The notes beneath the pieces are model-generated. The model saw nothing but the letters and a program-made list of their open reading frames with translations, was not told the origin of the DNA and made no database searches. DNA of 59,772 bases, filler included, from Platydemus manokwari (Eukaryota): the NCBI GenBank assembly GCA_037951405.1. It is 5 parts of 5 records of this genome, joined end to end, with 100 filler letters (N's around TTAATTAATTAA, not from the genome) between each part and the next. Parts side by side here need not be neighbours in the genome. Positions count along the whole stretch, not along the records: positions 50,079 to 59,772 come from JBBMOY011216544.1; 4 more parts are not named here. One strand, 5' to 3'. Both the position numbers and the translations under genes were made by a program. Below, piece after piece: positions 54,877-59,772 of the stretch (positions within the stretch are counted from its first letter, which is position 1; every line of letters starts with the position of its first letter).

Positions 54877-55739
54877 TTAATTGCATTTGTCGGGAAAATA
54901 TGAAATAAAAACCGCAAAATGCATGCAATGAAAAGGCCGAAATTATAAATTGGATAAATGTTGAAATAAATTTTAAATCAAATCAAGATTTTACAATTCA
55001 TTTTTACAATTTTTCCAAAGATCGATTTCAAATTCCGATGGCAATTTAACATCGACAATGCTTCATCAAATGCTATTAGGGAAATGAAATCACAACATTG
55101 AAACTCAGTTATACATGATTGAAACCGTTCACCTGGATTATTGTTTCATTTGGACCTGTCGAATATGGAAGAATTTTTGAGAACTTGATTCAGATTCTGT
55201 TTCTGCAAAATTGTATTTAATGATCCATACACATTAAAAATATTTTATCGATTTTTCAATATTTTGTTTAAATTAATCATTTAAGCCAATAAATTTCATT
55301 ATCCTTGCTATTGATTCATATATAATATAATATGGCTCTGAAAGCTGTGGTTGATGTCTCAAAATAAGTTTTATCAAAAAATTTAATTTTTAATAATTAT
55401 AATAACAAAGTCTCTAACTAAATATTTCAGTTGATATTTTCTCCAGATTAACATCATTCAGGAATACTCACTCAACGCTCCAGTTAGCACTGTCTATTTG
55501 GTGCTATGAAATACATTTTAGGACGAGAATCTACTTAAGTCATTTAATGATTGCAAAAATTGAAAAGCACTTAATTAGGTGTAAATTTTTTATTCTTGTA
55601 GTCGTGTATTAGAAAATATTTCATCTTCTTAAAATGCTTTTCATTGGTTGACATTTTCTGTTTCTGAGATATTGCATCTAACGATATGATATGATGTTAA
55701 AATTAATCGTCAAAACCAAAAAATAAAACCCCATCCCAT

Positions 55740-57030
55740 ATTCGCAACCGTAGCCAACCTAGCCTCTTCCTATTCAAAGGAGAGATTACACCAAGGGCTA
55801 AATTGATGGATTAAACGAAACGAACCCGGAAGGGCTCGCCGACTAACGCATGACCGTTGTCCTAATCCATAAAATCATCAAAGGACAAATATTAGTAGTT
55901 TATAATATATACCAACAGATATCAGCCATGCATATTCGAGTCTCGGAACTTGCCGAAATACGAGAACTCGCTACAGCCACAATTATTGATAAGCTTTTCC
56001 CAGCCGAACATAGTCGCAGGATGACCCTCGAAGAAATTAGACATCGATTGCACATACCTCTCTCTCTCTTCCTGGTACCATTATTTAACACAATGCCGTT
56101 CGGATGACTCCTAAAATTACTGAAAAATACTGAAAATTGGAATCAAATGGGAAGATCATCCCATCCATGGAGCTGAAGAACCAGCGAAAACTACAAAAGG
56201 TGATATTACTTAAAAAACAAAACAAATCGGGAGCAAACCACAGCTCAATCCCGAAGTACCCGATTTCCTACCCCAAATAATATATAAAGATTCAACAATA
56301 TCGAGCCAAAACGCCTTAGTCCTAGACGATGAGGATGAATTAAGTGAGTTTTGTATGGTGAGCCCTAACATACGACCTTACAAATTAGTACACTTGGATC
56401 CAATAGTCCATTGACCTCTGAGAAAAGAAGTTAAAGCAACACCTAGCCTAGAGAAAATGAAAAATGATTTCAAAGATATAAGGGATGCTGAAATTTGAGC
56501 CAAATAATTAGAGCAACAAAACGTATCAAAGTGCAAGAAGAGTAGCTTGAATATTAGAAAAAACGCTAGAGTAAGAATCTAAACAAGTGGAAGAAAAATA
56601 ATTTAAAATGGAAAAACGACGAAAGAAAGAAGAAAGAGAAAAGCAAAATTACAAAAATAGAAAATTGAACAAGTGAAATTGAAAAAGTAAGAACTAAAGC
56701 TCAAAAAAGTCGATGAAAAAGGAAAAAGAAATGAAAAAAGATTCAGTATTAATAGAGCAGAGAATATGTTTTGATGAAAAATTGAGTCAAATGAAAAAAC
56801 AGAAGAACACGAAGAGAGAGAATCCCCTGAAAAATGGGCCAACGATATATGCAACCCAAACCTCGACGTCGTCCTGACCGCATGGGCAAGAAATAACGAA
56901 ACAAACAATAATGAAAATAAAATATCTAAAGCGTCTTCTATTCGCACAGAAACATACGAAGAAGCGCTTGGAAAAGAAAAGAGAACAGACAGAAAAGGAT
57001 CGAGAACTAAAAAAATACATAACATTACAT
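55740..57030 (+). mobile_element. Unassigned degenerate coding-like element (possible retroelement ORF1/gag)
   Basis: Intronless, A-rich, more GC than flanks. Broken ORFs with a K/E-rich coiled-coil stretch. No diagnostic motif recognised. Confidence 0.3.
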
Positions 57031-57189
57031 AGCCGTGTTAGGGTTGAAGGTCATAAACAAAAATCAGAAAGAACGAGCCTCCTACAAACGATCGGAAATT
57101 CTCTTCTTGAAAAATCTAAAAAATTTGGGATGCATACTCGTAAACAAATTAAGAGGGAAGGAAAATAGTGAAAAATATTATTATGAGAT

Positions 57190-58473
57190 GAAACATTCGC
57201 AGCCGGCAAATGAAAACCAATTAATCATCTCGGATATGTGGCAAGAAGAAAGAATTAAATTACCAATGCCTTGCGCAATATCCAAAGAGAACATAGCTAT
57301 GGATGATCAGGACATAGCAAAAAACAAGAATATCGTTTTAAGAAGATGCCTAAAGAGAATCAACATTTGCCAAAACACGGAGCAAAGTGGTCAAAGCTTG
57401 AAGAGAAATTTGTATTTTTGAGCACTGTCAGAGAGGCATTATAGTCTCAACCAAGATGGTCATGCAGGAGGCTAAGAAAATTACACAAGCTCAAGATATC
57501 AGTTATTTTAAGGGATGTCCAGTTTGGTGCTACAGATTTAGAAAACGTCAATGTTTTGCAATAAGAACAAGAACAAAGGTAGCTCAACGAATACCTGAAT
57601 TCTATAAATAAAATGTCGTATTTTGCACAAATTTGTCATCAATACCTGACAACAGTTTAGCTATGAATTGTCACAGATAGGCAATATGGATGAAACGCCT
57701 CTGAATTTGGACTATCCTGATAATCGCACAATTGATGAGAAAGGAGCCAAGACAATTGAAATTCGTACAACAAGTCATAAAAAGTCCTTTTACCTGTGTT
57801 TTGACCTGTATGGCTGATGGCAAAGACAAAATCCCCCTAGGAGTATGGATTTAAGTTCATTCCAAAGGATGGATGGACCAGCTATGTCATGGACTTGTGG
57901 TTTGATAAGGTATGGTCTAAACGTCCTGAAAACCTGTTGAAGAAGAAATCTCTTTTAGTTTTTGATTAGTCTAGAGGGAATTTGACGGAAAAAGTAAAAC
58001 AAAAAGCTGAAGAACTGGTCTCACAAGCCAACCTCTTGATGTGAGTATCAATTTTAAGGCAAAAATGAAGGAGGATTAGTGAATCTGATTCAAACTTAAC
58101 TCCATCAGGCCTGTTGAAGAAGCCAACAATCTAACAAGTCTTCCAATGGGTGAAAACTTTATGGGATGCCATCAAGAAAGATGTTATCATTAAATCATTT
58201 AAGAAAATAGGTATTAATAATGCCTTGGGTGGCTCTAAGGATGATGCTATTTTTGCCAAAAGTGATTCCTCTGTCACAGATGATGAGGAAATTAAAGAAT
58301 TAGTTATAAAACGGGTTAATCAACACTTGAAAACAGAGGATATGTTTGAGAATGAAGAAGAATTTCCTGGTTTTTATGACGAATAAAGTAATTTAGGTTT
58401 TTCTAAAAATTTTGATCTAAAAATGAGGGGGGTCTTAATAAATGTAGGGTCTTAATAGACGTAATTTACGGTA
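57190..58473 (+). mobile_element. pogo/Tigger (POGK-like, DDE_1) DNA transposon, decayed and 5'-truncated
   Basis: RTRTKVAQR, IGNMDETPL..TIDEKGAKT, TCMADG, SKGWMD, WFDKVWSKRP..KSLLVFD, QPLDVSIN, TPSG..KKP, WV..W..I..IIKSFKK.GI.NAL.GS.DD, then an acidic tail. 3' terminus ..TAATTTACGG plus TA at 58462-58473. Confidence 0.9.
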
Positions 58474-59772
58474 AATTATAAAATTACAGAAACGAATAAA
58501 ACAAATCAAATAAATTTTCAAAAATAAATTGAATAAATTTTTGGAAAAATAAAATTAATTTTAATTTCTTCATTGGAATTTCCGCTTCTAAAATAGTGCA
58601 AATAGACTGCGAAAATCAATTTTTTAAAATTCTAAAATTAAAACGACCGATTACCATTCGTACTGAGCATATCCAGAAGCTGAAGCAACAAACTTAGACT
58701 ATTATATAAAAGAAAATTAGCAAATCTGTGGCTATATTGGATCTGCACTCGAAAGAAATGAATTCAAAGGTCCTAATTGAATATTTAAGATCTACATTTC
58801 TAAACATATTAAATTAATACACTGGTAGATTCGTCAAATTCAAATCAGACCCTCCCTACCTTAAAATCATTTTTGTTGGGATAATTAATATTGTGTTATT
58901 CCGGTGATTAATAAAATCAATTTGTCATTTTGAATAATTTGTAAATTTATTTAGTTTTTCAATGGTTGAATTTTCTAAGGAAAACGTCTTTGATTTTTGA
59001 TTTATTGAATAGTTAATTATTGAAAAGAATCAAGCAGTTATTTATTAAAAATAATTATTTAATAATTTGTTAAATAGATAATCCAACGAGTTAATTTGAT
59101 TTTACATAAGATTAACCTTAATTGAACTCCTTTGTTAGGAAGAGTTTATGAGCCCAAAAGCCCAACATAGCTCTACATATCAAATAAGCGCGCAAATTTT
59201 AAAACCAATAATTTCACTCGTAGCAAATAATTACACATTAGAATTTAATTTAATTTACGAAGTATCAGAAAACATTTCCATGTTGAATGCAATTATTAAT
59301 AAGAGATTTTGAGAAAATATAGTTCATTTCGAAAAATAAATATAAACATTCAATTGTATAAAAAATGAGCCAGTTAAAATACGAAATTTGTGATGTTATA
59401 TTTAAATCTATTCAGGGTACAAAATCCCAAGAAAGATCTAAAAACATATTGCAATAAATAATTCTTTTAATTATAACAATGAACAAAGCTCCTTCTATAA
59501 TAAAGATACAGACGTACGAAGTACCAACATGGCGAATGTCTACAAAACTTATCAGATGAAAAGAAATAATGAAATGAATAAAGAAATGAATAAATTAATT
59601 AAAAAGAGAAGAAAGAATTTTATTTCTGATATGACAGGCGCTTATAAAATTCATAAGATTCATAATATATCACAATCAATTAAAAAATTATTTCACATAT
59701 TACAGAAGAATGTAATGAAATTATAGAGCTCTTAAGTAAGCATTCAAATGTTAAATATCACAATGGTTATTA

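Overview
Very AT-rich eukaryotic (animal) genomic DNA with many 45-60 nt GT-AG introns, (ATT)n tracts and TTAGGG-type repeats. A planarian or other lophotrochozoan source is my inference. It is a scaffold of five contigs joined by four artificial 100-bp N44-TTAATTAATTAA-N44 spacers, so adjacency across gaps is unproven. Host genes reconstructed by hand: (1) a clan-2 cytochrome P450 (minus strand, 7 exons, heme-Cys exon not seen), with an orphan duplicate of its promoter and exon 1 about 6 kb upstream; (2) a complete ZnT1/SLC30A1 zinc exporter (minus, 6 coding exons); (3) the N-terminal 702 codons of a CCDC141/zormin-like spectrin-repeat gene (minus, 9 exons, all phase-0 junctions, running into a gap); (4) the last exon of a death-domain protein; (5) a YTHDF-type m6A-reader domain with no clear start. 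The rest is a transposon graveyard: an R2/NeSL/Utopia-like non-LTR remnant, several Ty3/Gypsy remnants (one with a probable env-like ORF, one tRNA-Arg-primed family in two copies), a pogo/Tigger transposase pseudogene, and clean hAT and piggyBac MITEs. No prokaryotic-type system or CRISPR array is present. The best candidates for novelty are the duplicated CYP first exon, the env-like Gypsy remnant and the headless YTH ORF.
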